Assembly (NCBI GenBank): GCA_024137785.1
Contig: JAHRHZ010000012.1
Span: forward strand, 51,174,104-51,238,103
Length of the DNA stretch: 64,000 bases
Origin: Ginglymostoma cirratum
Taxonomy: Eukaryota
Direction of reading: 5' to 3'
The translations under genes were made by a program, and so were the position numbers. Below, in pieces: positions 12,638-24,290 of the stretch (its first letter is position 1; every line of letters begins with the position of its first letter). The notes beneath the pieces were generated by a model. That model made no database searches. It worked only from the letters and a program-made list of their open reading frames with translations, and was not told the origin of the DNA.

Positions 12638-12780
12638 CAGTTTCCTGATAATCCATAAATTAGTTCACCACACAGACCATGTATCGCTTTAATGACTTTA
12701 ATGGTCTGTGTCGAATTAATTGGTATACCACTACAATTCAGTGTCCCTTGGATGAGGTGAGGTAATGAACAGGACCTCTT
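12638..12780. repeat. hairpin-type interspersed element (Eulor/UCON-like, tentative)
   Basis: Perfect 11-bp stem ACACAGACCAT (12670-80) / ATGGTCTGTGT (12701-11), extended by aattagttc/gaattaatt; family resemblance is from recall. Confidence 0.45.
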
Positions 12781-12934
12781 ACTTCAAATAATTATCTATT
12801 GTATCTTGTTAAAAGGGCAAATTAATTGTGATGTTTCCCATGATGATTGACACATTTATTAATTCATCTCACCTTGTGAAAGATAAACAGACGACAACTA
12901 GCTAACTCAGAAAAAAGCTATCAAAACCAGCTAT

Positions 12935-13036
12935 CTCTGAAGAACAGCCACTGGACTGAAAAGTTAACTCTGCTTTCTCTCCACAGACGCTGCCAGACAT
13001 GCTGAGTTTTTCTAACAATTTCTGTGTTTGTTTCAG
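12935..13036 (+). mobile_element. Penelope-type terminal repeat with hammerhead motif
   Basis: CTGAAGA-ACAGCCACTGGACT-GAAA-AGTTAACTC, then tgctttctctccacagacgctgccagacatgctgagtttttc. Confidence 0.75.
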
Positions 13037-13069
13037 TTACCTTGGAAACTTAGCTCTGCAAATGGGTAA

Positions 13070-13295
13070 TAGGAGATGGTGATGGGGTGCTGGTTTGCCA
13101 ATTCTGCAGAAAGGAGACAATCAGAACATAAGAAGATCACAGAAGAGAGAAGCAGCCATCAATACAAGGACTTTAAAGGGCTGGAGTTTCACAGAGTTAG
13201 GTCAACGCAGAGCCATTTAAAAATGGTGGATGGAAACCAATCCCAGGATTCAACTTTCACCAATTTGGACTAGCATGGGATAAGGATACGTGTAG
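13070..13295 (-). mobile_element. highly decayed L2-like LINE fragment
   Basis: Purine-rich; weak similarity to the L2 relic at 45.0-45.9 kb. Confidence 0.3.
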
Positions 13296-15704
13296 CAAAC
13301 CTGAACCCTCCTTTTCTGCCGTGATCAGTCTCATTGCATAGCTAGGCATCTTATAGCACCCGACAATTTTTTTGGACTTAGGCTAACTGTTTTATGACTC
13401 ATGGGCATGGGTCACAGGCCCGCAAAAGAGTTGTAAACCCTTGTCTGAATATCAACCCTTTTGAACATTATGGCAAATGGTCTTACTGAAGCATTTTCCA
13501 TGCCTCTCATAACCACTTCAATCACCGTTCATCCACAATGTACTGAACCATGAAATGGGCTGTATAATTACCATGGCAAGTACTAGAATGCTGGAGAAAA
13601 GTAACACCAATTCAGTAATCTGTTTTGAAAAAAAAAACAGCTGTGAGAGAAACTTTATAGAAGTGTCAAACAGCCAGGACAAGTGTATTTTCGGTAAATG
13701 AAGCTTCACACTTCTTAATCTTGCCCAAAAAAACAGATACTGATGACAAGAAATCACGGAAGAAATTACTCATTTTCCCCTCAAACTGTCAATCAAGCAA
13801 ACACTTCACTTCAGTTTGTCCAAAGGACACTCGTTTGTGTTTTGGAGCTCAGCCAAGCATTTATAGTGAACTCAGACAGAGACAGATGTCAAGCCATCTG
13901 TTTTTGATGATACAGCTCCCACAGGGATTCATTATGAATGTGTGACTGAGTTCCAGGACTCTCAAACGTATTAGCTCAGCAGGGGCATATCTGACAATGT
14001 TGGCTGGTCATGATCTCTTCTGTTCCTGGCACTCTGGACCAAAAACTGCATATAATAGAACCTTTAGACTAATGTGGGTCTGCTGATTCAGGAAATTTCC
14101 CAAGCCAAGCTGCTCACCTCAGTAGTCAAAATTTGGACCGAGAGTTTATTGGCTAATTGCAAGAACAATGTGCAGCGTATGTAAAATCTCTTACAACAAT
14201 TTGCAATGGTGAGGTTACAAGTACAATCACGAATCCTCCAACATGGAGTGGAGTTGTAAATAAATGGGAACTCAGAGTTAAGAGGTCAAAGGTAAATTTG
14301 ACACTAGGTCACACTTTCTGGCTAGGGTCTTCGAACATTTGAGTCAGTTAACCATCTGGTTTTCAATGTACAGATCAAACAAGTGTCTTCCAGGTTGTCA
14401 ATTCACACGAAGAACAGTACAGAGTATTGAACAGTGAACAGCTTCAGAAGTTCACCCTGCGTTTTTCAAACTCCATGCATGTTCAGAACTCTACTGCAAA
14501 GCTAACTTTAAAATCCCATTAATTCTCAAAGGTCATGGTACTTTGAGACATCCGTGCGTGACAACTGTAAAATAGTGCATTGTGTTCTCATCCAGAGTTC
14601 CTAATGGGAGAATTGTGAGAAGTCACATGATATCAGCACCTATGTGCGCAACATTTTACAAATTAGTCACTAAACCTTTTTTTTTGCTTTTCTTTGTAAT
14701 GAATTCCAACCACAGCCCTCCCCAGTATAAACCTCAAGACTGAGGCCTTTACCTGTAAGAAAACAGTGAAAGCGCATATCACTTTTCATGCTAAGGACTG
14801 TTTGTTGTATGGAGTCAAGCTTAAGGAGTTAAAAAAAACTTAGTTATTAATAATAAAGAAAATAATGCCAGCATTCACAAGGTGTCCTTTAAATAACAAA
14901 TGTTCAGCCAGCAGCTGAAGCACAGCTTCTATCCTACACAGAATTATTTGGAAATTCTTAGAGCTGCAACCGCACGAACACTGTACTCTGCAACAAAATA
15001 AAATAGCAGCATGAAAAACGAGCCTCCTATTCCTTCCAATAAACAACACCACAGCTTGGCAAGGGATCAGATAACTATGGAATAATAAAATATTCACTGG
15101 AGTAGAGTTGAATTGGCCCCAAAATAGATTAAGGCGAGCCACATTATTTCACACTGACCAGTCCAACTATCTCCTGAGGTTTTATTTTACAACATCTCTT
15201 GCTTTAAAATGAAATGCTTTCCTACCATAACGTTATCCAGCTAATGACAAATAATTTAATGTATTAGTAATAAGCAAAACAAATGAAATACCCATAAAAT
15301 AAAGAGACAATCAAAGGAACAAAAGTGGGGGGAGGGGATATGTGTACTTTCACTGTCAATCTACTATGTCAATTATCTTCCTTTTCTTAATGTTTTCAAA
15401 AAGGCACTTTTCGTTACCTCAGAATTTTTTTTGTGGAATTGATCATTTATTTTGGCAGCATTTGTTACATTCTACAATGTCTGTGGTTCACCAGTAACAT
15501 TGCACAATAGTGACTGTTTCTCTGGAATTAATTTGGGATTGGGTGTGGCTTGAGCGCAAATATAAAGATTTCCACATTAGGAGCCAAATTTTAATAATTT
15601 TCAAATTTAGGATTTAAACTTGAGGTTCCATAACAAGAGTCCAGAAGGGTTGCAGACTGTTATTCTTTTGCATACAATACAAATCTTATTTTAAGCATCA
15701 GGAA

Positions 15705-15880
15705 TAGCTCAGTGACAGCAATTCTGCCTTGGAGTCAGGAAAGCTTTGGGTTCAAGTTCCATTTGACCCCAAACTTTTGGCAGTTAATTACTAATACAGG
15801 GGGTGTAATGTATTCCTGGTTCTCCTCTTTCAAATAAGACAGAAAAAAAAAGCAAGACCCTGTCCATTCTCAGGTAGGCA
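15705..15880 (+). mobile_element. Deu-domain SINE 5' fragment
   Basis: tagctcagtgacagca (A box)...gggttcaagttcca (B box)...ccctgtccattctcaggt. Confidence 0.55.
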
Positions 15881-15924
15881 ACAGCAGACCACCCTGCTCT
15901 GCACTGTCACAGCAGGAAGAATGA

Positions 15925-16087
15925 AGCACTTCGCGCAGAAAATCACCATTGAAAATCACGTTGTAGGGAAATCGCTGTACCTGTACAGCAGAAAGTTCAC
16001 GTTATCCAAACAGCATCCGCTATTCTTCAATCGCGTTACAGCCAATTCACTTTAACAAAATACGTATTATAGCAGAATTCCGTGTAA
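15925..16087. mobile_element. partial non-autonomous DNA transposon (Tc1/mariner-Tigger-like, tentative)
   Basis: CpG-rich with a reiterated (c)gcgtta(t/c)a motif, ending tatagcagaattccgtgTA; the other terminus was not found. Confidence 0.4.
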
Positions 16088-17517
16088 CAAAATGCAGCCT
16101 TCATATGCAGACATTTCCTGTCCAGCTTGTTGTGTAAAGTCTCCAACCGGAATGTTCCACAAAAAGGAAACTGTGGGCAGTGGGACAGGCAAAGCGACAA
16201 AAATGGCGAATATGTTGTCATCTTCACAGTACTATAATCATTTCTTAGTTTACTTTCTGATTGAAATATGGCATTAAAAAGACAAATTCAATTGCATCCG
16301 GAAATGAATCCCACATCCTATTCACTATGAAGTTACTTAGAATTACAAAGAGAGACTGTCCATTTCAACTGAAATATTTATGTAACCGTGTGCATCATTT
16401 TTTTTAGTAAGCAGTTCCTTTACTCACGACTGTTTCTATTTGACAATGATGAGTTCTCCGGATGAATATACGAGGAGAAAGTCCACTTCTGTAATATGAA
16501 CATGACAGCATACCTGTTTCCTTGAATTACATTTGAGGGTTTTGCTGTCCAGGTATCATGTACTCAATGATGACCAGCAAATTTGCTGCTTTGAAGAACA
16601 AACACTTCATTATTTTAAGGCCCCTACACAAAATATTGGAAGAAGTTTTCCTTTTAAAAAATGAGACCATCCACATTAGCTGGTGAACCTAAGCCAGTTA
16701 TGCGGCTACCGATTAATATTATCATTCAGACCAAGCACCCTTAACACAGTTCATTTGATTTGTAACAATGAAGAGGGTTTTATCATTCCAGTCATGTCTT
16801 CGGTTCAGGGTGGGAGGGCAGTGACACTAAAATCCAAGTCTGGACCTTCTAATGAATTAACAAAATCATCCATCAACTCCAGGTTAATGTGCAATGAATT
16901 TTTCCTTAAATGTAGAACATCCTTCAATCAATATATCAAAACTAAAACACACTAATCTTAAACAAAACATCAGAATTAGAAATCAATGTTCTCAAAACTA
17001 CAAGAATATCTTGTAAATGTTTAAAAATTCTACATTAAAGATTTAAGCAGATATTAAGTATCGAATCAGATACACCATTTCCAGCGTTTCCAGTGCTGCC
17101 CTTCGTCCCCCCGAGCTTTGATTAAGACAGCAAGGAGCAAGTTGATTGGTATTATCAATACCGCTTTATATTGGACCTTTAGCAATGCATGAATTTAAAT
17201 TCACTCCTACCCTGAATGCATGGCTCATCTTTTCACATCCCAACAACCTCTTCCTCCCCACTGCAAACACTTATTCAAGTCTCACTCTTTAAATGAAAAC
17301 GGAGGACCCAATTAAGAACAGGATTGAAATTTGATCCATCTAGCTATGAATTCAATGTTCTCTACAATACAGCAATAACCCTCAAATTCCCATTTAAGGT
17401 TGATTCTGATAAATGTATAGGAATAGGAAAGCGAGACTAAAATTTTAATGAAAGCACTTCTTTGCAACATATTTCTGAATTTAACTCCTGTGTACATGCC
17501 AATCAGGGTTACAACTG

Positions 17518-17720
17518 GAAACAAAATGCAGGAATTGCTGGAAAAACTCAGCAGGGCAGGCAACATCCGTGGACAGAAATCAGAGTTAATGTTTTGGGTT
17601 CGATGACTCTTCTTCAGAACTTGTTAACTCTGATTTCTATCCATAGATGCTGCTAGACCTGCCAAGTTTATCCAGCAATTTCTGCTTTTGTTTCTGATTT
17701 CCAGCATCCGCAGTTCTTTC
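17518..17720. mobile_element. self-palindromic Penelope-derived element
   Basis: About 70-bp arms (aaacaaaatgcaggaattgctggaaaaact...agaaatcagagttaa / ttaactctgatttct...agtttatccagcaatttctgcttttgttt); minus-strand AGTT-CTGAAGA-AGAGTC-ATCG-AACCC-AAAA-CATT-AACT at the centre. Confidence 0.85.
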
Positions 17721-20579
17721 AATTTTTGGTTTAGGGTTACAACTGATGTAATTTTTCACAATTCACAAACTTTTACTGGGTGCTAATCAACATGTTCAAA
17801 TGTCCATGTCCCAATGCAGGTATGATCCCTTCTATACTTGTGGCACTCAGTCCATGTACCTTCAAACAGTACACTGCCATTGAACCACAACTCTGTGGAT
17901 CATTAGCTTACTAACAAATGAACCACTTTTGATGGGGTTTAATTCAAATGAAGTATGTTTGCAATCTTGTTAAATTCTAGCTAGGCATCTGATTCATCAA
18001 TATGCATTGATATAAAGTCTCATTTTGATTTCAATGTGTGGAAGAATACTCAATAGATTGTGCTCCTGCATATTGATGAATAGCTTTTACTTTCAGAAGA
18101 AAACTAGTTCAGCAAAATTATGTTTGCATGAGGTTTAAAATAGTCAAAAACAAGAATAATTTCCACATCATTTTCTGAATTTGTATTTTTAGTCAGATGG
18201 AATCCTTTTGCTTTAATTGATTTTTTGCTTTCATACATGCTTATATGTTTTACAAATTTGAGTTATGTTCATTGATAAAGTACCTGAGAAGTGTGACTCC
18301 CTGTTTTATATGATTGTAAAGTCAGTGATAAATCTTTGGCTCTTATGCAAATGTATCACAGTAAATTAAGTGCAATAATTGAGGAGCTGTGGACTTTGTC
18401 CCCATCAGTACAAGTTTCTGTGGCAACTGTGATGACAGAACAAATGGAATGGCTGCTGCTTGGAACATTATATGTTTAGCTTCAAATCAGACTTTACAGA
18501 TGAGGCCATGCTGTCCCTTCATTGAAACAATTAGGAAATTGACAAGCAGCACGTTCATGCCAGTGATCCTCTCCCAAAAGGAGCTCACTACTTGTAGCAC
18601 AAATCTGTTTGCCTAGCTTGGGTGAGTCCCATCAGCTCCAGTTAGTTTACCGATATAGAGCACAATCGGGGCACAAATCTCTGGACGTATAACCAATCTA
18701 ATCTCTTTTTTGATATGGCTGCAGAGTTACTGGAAATAAGTTTACATAAGCTTTGCAACAAAATTGGACTTTAACACTGAACAGATACCTGTGACAAAAA
18801 GGAAGTGCACTTGTTTTTCATACTCGACAGCAAAGCAACACCCACTGAAGGAATCAGTGGCTCAATGCACCTGGATTGGTTTGTTACCTTCTAAGGCCGG
18901 TGTATTAATTGTGTTACCAATACTGCATTCACAATGTAAAGGTGTTCAACCTGCAGCTCAAGTAATAGCGTGACTTTCAATATTTTAAACAATCTATGCT
19001 TTAAAGCAACTTGAGGTGCAATGAATGAGTTGAAAGGGATTTTCTTAGTTTAACCTAGTAAGATGTTCACAAAATGGTAATCAGAACAGTCCGGTAATAC
19101 AAGGTCTAGGACAACAGAAGATAACCCAACAGCAATGTTAACTGCTCAAGGCAAGATTTCAAAAAAAAAAAAGACTGGCACACGTACATTGAATGAACAA
19201 AACAAAGATCATGTACTAACTTAATCCTGGTACTAAATTTGTAAATATGTTGGTCTGAAAACAGCTGTGGGAAGGTTGTGTACTTTGGCCAAGACCCAAT
19301 TTAAAGATATGAAGGATCTCAGGTGTTTTTGGAAATCAGTTTTAGGGCAGGGTGCCAGGTCAGTTCCATTTACACGAAAGGACAGGGATATGCTGTTGCC
19401 GATTGCAAGCAAATGTTTCCTATACACATGTTAAATGGGAAATTTAAAACCCCAAACTTGTATAATAAAAATATTCTTAAAGTCAGGATAATTTGAGAAT
19501 GTTTTCTGGGAACTCCATTTACTAATTTCCACATCAGGTTAGACCCTATGTTAAGCCTATGCCATCCTGCAATGCAGCATCCCACAGCTTTTCGGAGGTT
19601 GCCTTCAACTAAGACTATGCTGTAGGCCATAACCCTCAGCCAACGCCAGCAATGCAAATGACATTTTGAGTTGAATACCTTTTAAAAGATTAGGTCACCA
19701 CAAACCAACTAAAACTGCGCCACATCCATTCCAAAGTCATGCAAAAGTATTTAATTAAGTTTTTCTCCTCCCAAAAACTGTTACAAATTTTATTCCTTTG
19801 AACTCAGTCTTGCGCTTTAACTAGGTTAATAATGAAAACAACAAATTAATGAAGAGAGAAAATTTATCCAAAAGAGGGCAATTTAAGGCTGTAGCATAAC
19901 AGTATCTTTATCAATTTCACCAACTTCTTCAGTAATAGAATTTGAGGAATTCTGCTGACCCCTTCAAGTTTCATTTGGCTCAGGCTGAAGTATCAGGTAA
20001 TAAATCTGAGAAGCAGTGAGGGTAACTCAAACTGGCTATTTATTTAACATTGCAACCAGAAGCAGTTAGTGTTTTACCAGCAGTTGTTAAATTGGTGCCA
20101 GTGACACAGCCAGAAACTACTAAAGCTATGGCATTTAAAATTCATTATGCTTTTCCAAGCTCTGCCTTCAGGCAATGAAAATGAAGGCATTTTCTCCCAG
20201 GCTCATTAGGAAATATGGTGGAGCTCACACAAGAAACCAGATGGCTCACATTCTAAGAGAAATGCCTATCACAGGACTGAGTTCAATTCCCAGTCTTTGA
20301 GGAGGTTTCTAATCTCAGTATCATGGCATCCCTGTCAGAATGTGCAACACCATGCATTTTGTTGAGGGTAATATGTGCCTCAACTCTGATGTGACTACAG
20401 TAAAAGGCAGATTAACACAGACGATCAGGATTAACATGGAGACATATGATATGGAGAAAAGTATTAAGCCTCCCCTGTCTCTGTTTCCAACAGGGAAAGG
20501 CTGGAAGGAAGAAAATTAAAAGCTATCTAAAAATAAGAGACAAATGGTTATTTCGTAGTGCAGGGCTTGTACGTTGCTT

Positions 20580-21192
20580 AAAAAAGTTTAAGATTTTCAT
20601 CTTGCACGCATCTGGACAATTTGCAAGAATGCTAATTCAAAGGGAAAACCCAATATCAATACCACATGAAAGAAGAGCGCTGATTGGTTGACAAATGCAC
20701 TCTTGCATTCCCATGGAGAATATGCTCATCATTTTAAAACAAGGAGGCTATTTGCTGGAAAATTCTCATCATTTACAAAATTACACTGACAATTTGCAAT
20801 CATTGGTCAGGCTTGCAATGTGGCACACTTGCAAGTACTGGAAGCTACATATTAATACCCAGGCCCTGTTTCTTTCAAACAAATAATATACGTATGCATT
20901 GCACAAGTTTCAACAAAATAGATAACAACTATTCACTGGTTCATTTCTCAGGGCAATGCCTGGACCAGTGTCAACCTGCCTAGTTTAAAATTAAAACAAA
21001 ACTGGCAGTTAATTATCAATCAGCATTCTCCATGTGATACCTCTACCAGAGTGCACTTGCAAACCATTCAGTGCTCTCTACTCATGCAGGCTAAGTGTTG
21101 GCTTTCTTTGGAGCTGGTATTCTTGCAAATTGTCCCAAAGAATGCAAGGCAAAAAAACTTAGACAAAATGTTTTTTTTCAGCAATACTCAAA
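20580..21192 (+). mobile_element. 5'-truncated Penelope-like element: inverted terminal repeat, GIY-YIG C-terminal remnant, direct terminal repeat
   Basis: 20590-20720 is the reverse complement of 21025-21165; between them frameshifted GYLLEN..NYTDN / IIGQACNVAHLQVLEATY / INTQ resembles the PLE endonuclease C-terminus (L..LEA.YI). Confidence 0.7.
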
Positions 21193-21235
21193 GTGACGCT
21201 AATTTTTAAAAATAGGATGTGAGTATAACTATTTC

Positions 21236-21411
21236 AGAGATAGTAGGAACTGCAGATGCTGGAGAATCTGAGATAACAAGGTGTCAATCTGGATGAACAC
21301 AGGAGGCCAAGCAGCATCAGAGGAGCAGGAAGGCTGACGTTTCAGGCCTAGACCCTTCTTCAGGAAGGCTGCTTGGCCTGCTGTGTTCATCCAGCTCTAC
21401 ACCTTGTTATC
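21236..21411. mobile_element. young self-palindromic Penelope-derived element (second subfamily)
   Basis: agataacaaggtgtcaatctggatgaacacaggaggccaagcagc pairs with gctgcttggcctgctgtgttcatccagctctacaccttgttatct. Confidence 0.85.
21336..21363 (-). ncRNA. minimal hammerhead core (stem I partner lost at the fold-back)
   Basis: Minus strand CTGAAGA-AGGGTCTAGGCCT-GAAA-CG-TC: complete core, ACGT palindrome, GUC triplet. Confidence 0.6.
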
Positions 21412-21414
21412 TGG

Positions 21415-22085
21415 GAGTATAACTGAGCAGGCCAGTATTTATTGCCCTTCCTGAAATGTCCTGAAGGAGGTGGTGATGAGCTACCTTCTTGAATTGCCAC
21501 AACACTTCAAATATAGAGACACCCACAGTGCTGTTAGGGATGGAGTTCCAGGATCTTGGCTTAGCGACAAGGAAAAAATGCCAACATATTTCCAAATCAA
21601 GAAGGTTTGTGACTTGATGGGGAATTTTCAGGTGGTAGATTTCCCATGCATCTGCTGCCCCTTGTCCTTTTAGCTGGTAGAGATCATTGGTTAGGACGGT
21701 GCTGTCTAAGGAGACTTGATGAGTTACTGTAGTGCATCCCATAGATGGTACACACTGTCGCCACTGTGCCTTGATGGTGAAGGAGTGAATGCTTTTGGAC
21801 GTGGTGCTAATCAAACAGATTGCTTTGATTTGGATGGTGTCAAGCTTTGAGTGTTGTTGGAGTTGCACTTGTCCAGGTAAGTGGGGAATATGCCAACACA
21901 CTCCTGATTTGTGCCTTGTGCATAGTGGACAGGCTTTGGGGAGTCAGATGGCAAGTTAACTGTCACACGATGTCTAGTCTCTGATTTACTCCTGTAAGTG
22001 CAGTGTTTGTATTGCTTCTGTTCAGTTTCTGGTCTGTGGTGATGCCGCAACACGTTGACAATGGGGGGAGCCCAGGAACTTTAAC
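21415..22085 (-). mobile_element. CR1-group LINE 3' portion
   Basis: ORF 21407..21901 includes KLDTIQIKAICLI...IHS...RSWNSIPNSTVGV...FKKVAHHHLL, the post-RT C-terminal pattern. Confidence 0.8.
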
Positions 22086-22299
22086 TGTACAGGTTGGTGT
22101 CAGCCAAAGGAGGATCCAGCTTTTCTCATTCCTTGGGTCAAACAGAGACCCTTGCATCCACTGGTGGTCATTATCCCGCTTCGCAGTGTTACTTTTGGGA
22201 CTGCAGAACCGCCAGCTATCCGATGGGCTAGTAGCCCTCTAAGGTGGGATTTTCTCTTGCTAGAGAGAGGAGTGGAAGTACTGGCTTCCAATCACTTAA

Positions 22300-22495
22300 T
22301 GCTGCTCCAAAGCATCTTACAACCAATGAAGAACTTTTGAAGTGTAGTCACAGTTGTAATGTAGAAAGCATGTAAGCTGATTTGCACACAGCAGGATCCT
22401 ACACCAATCTGCTAATGACTACAATGATCTGTTCTGGTGATGTTGATTAAGAGATATATATTGGACTAGACATTAGGGTGAACACCCAAGCTCCA
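22300..22495 (-). mobile_element. Deu-domain SINE 3' half
   Basis: Reverse complement matches 6140-6310 (gtgtgcaaat...gactacacttcaaaag). Confidence 0.7.
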
Positions 22496-22839
22496 TCATC
22501 CTATTTTCACTTGTCAGGGAAGAAAGAAAATCCTAATAAATTATGAAATGGCAGATAAATAAGGGTCTGGTTCGTATATTGAAATTCACTAAATAACTAC
22601 TTCATTTCCATTAAGCTACTAAGTTATGAATTGAATATTTCTGCATTAGCTGGGAAGGCCCAATGTGACATTGAAATATCCCAATTCAGCTGTCAGTAGA
22701 TATGAGGCAGCAACAAAATAATTTCCCCCAATCAACACCAAGTTGAACTTGGAAAAATACAAATCTGCCTGCTGTGGCAATTCGAGAGAGAGAGGCCATA
22801 GTGAAATTAAGCAATAATGTTCTAAATCCTCTGGCCCAG

Positions 22840-23075
22840 ATCAGGGTGGGGGAGATGGTTGAGGTTTTTGGTTGGGTTGGGCTGAGCAGGAAGAAGGTTG
22901 AGGTGGAGAAACAATCGGGTCTTTTAGGAAGAGGTTGGGGTGTGTGGTAGGATCGGGGGTAGTTGAAAGGCAGGAATGGTGGTTGGGTTAGATCTGGAAG
23001 TAGCCTCAGTACAGTTGAGCAGTAGGTGGAGTTGTGGTGGTTCATCGGGTGGGGAAATCGGGGTGGTCAGTTGGA
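22840..23075. repeat. G-rich low-complexity tract, probably internal to a non-autonomous element
   Basis: Dense GG/GGG runs (gggtggggg, ggttgggttggg, gggtgggg) on the + strand. Confidence 0.5.
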
Positions 23076-23324
23076 GTTAAGACTGGTCTCAACCTAGCCA
23101 ATTTTTCCTGGATAGTTATTCAGGTAAGTGAATTGCAAACCTGAGCCTCTGACCCTAGCTCGGAGTTGCAGACTTTTCTTTTGATAGTCCCAGATGAAGG
23201 GTAATTGTCCATTAAAAAGTTTAAACTCCCTGAGTCATTCCCATGTAGTCGCTGTATCTGAAGATATTACTTTTCTTTAGTGCTCCTACACTTGCCCTGA
23301 GAGTAGTCTGTGGATACTGGATGT

Positions 23325-23679
23325 TGTTATGACCCCAGTTGATGATAATACTGGAGAAGTCAGATCTTGGAGCGAAACCTTGACAGATAATAAATTTATT
23401 TTTACAGCTGGTTGCTTAACTGACTCTTTCCAATTCTCCTCTTTGGATTGCTAAAACAGTTCTACAATTTGTAACTGATTTTTATAGCCTAAATTTCTTT
23501 TCCATTCGGAAGACCTGAATATTTCTTAGAAATGCATATTTAGGTCACTGTTCTAAATAACTTCCTCAACTTTTTTTAAACATAAAAAGTGCTTCCACAG
23601 AAACTAAAATTCACCTGCAACTGTTTTAAAAATCCAAATACCCAAACGATAATCTATACAATGCACCATATCTGTAATG
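23325..23679. mobile_element. possible degraded solo LTR
   Basis: Starts TGTTATGAccccagttgatg; ends catatctgtaa; assignment from recall. Confidence 0.35.
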
Positions 23680-23734
23680 AGATTGGCACAAAGATACAGA
23701 ATACAATGTCCTTTAGCATAGATAATGATTGAGG

Positions 23735-23918
23735 CTGGGATATTAATTTTATTCAAGGCTGAGGCTGACAGATTTTAATCAGTAAGGGAATTGAGGGTTA
23801 TGGGTTAAAGGCAGGAAAGTGGATTTCAGGATTATCAGATCAGCCATGATCTCACTGAATGGCAGAGCAGACTTGATAGACCAACTGGCCTACTTCTGCT
23901 CCTAGGCCTTAAGGTCTT
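23735..23918 (+). mobile_element. CR1 LINE 3' end
   Basis: attcaaggctgag...cagatcagccatgatctcactgaatggcagagcagac...ggcctacttctgctcct; matches 47225-47392. Confidence 0.85.
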
Positions 23919-23919
23919 T

Positions 23920-24290
23920 CTTGGCCAAATGAGCTTTTATTTCTGTTCTCCTCACCCAATGTCCATCCAAACAGTCAGCCTCCAGAGGTCATGGCCATCA
24001 GTGACTATCTTCCAGTTGTCAGTCTCAATAGCTTGCTTTCAGGTGTTTCTTATGGTGGAAACATGGACACCCGGGAGGTTGTGAACCAGCAGTCAACAAA
24101 CTGCACACGAGATCTTTGGCTATACAGTCATCAACCAACCAATTAACATGTAGGCATCATTGGTTTTGCAATGATTGTATCCGAATGGAATCAGTACACT
24201 TTTGGACCTCTGAGCTGGTGATTTTGGCCTGCCAGAAGATGCCAGGAATACATCTGGAATGTCTGAGAGTAACCGTGATTGTGACCAGGC
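23920..24290 (-). mobile_element. RTE-clade LINE, decayed C-terminal ORF region
   Basis: Minus translation GIFWQAKITSSEV...IAKDLVCSLLTAGSQPPGCP...IETDNWKIVTDGHDLWR matches the RTE pattern (I.WQDKITN.EV; PK.LLYGEL..G.RP.GRP; W...A.DR..WR). Confidence 0.75.

Noticed and set aside
16445-16550. Box C-like ATGATGA (C/D snoRNA?)
   Set aside because: No properly placed CTGA D box with terminal stem.
19618-19650. Weak resemblance to the 5S rRNA 5' end
   Set aside because: Too short and divergent; no internal promoter boxes follow.
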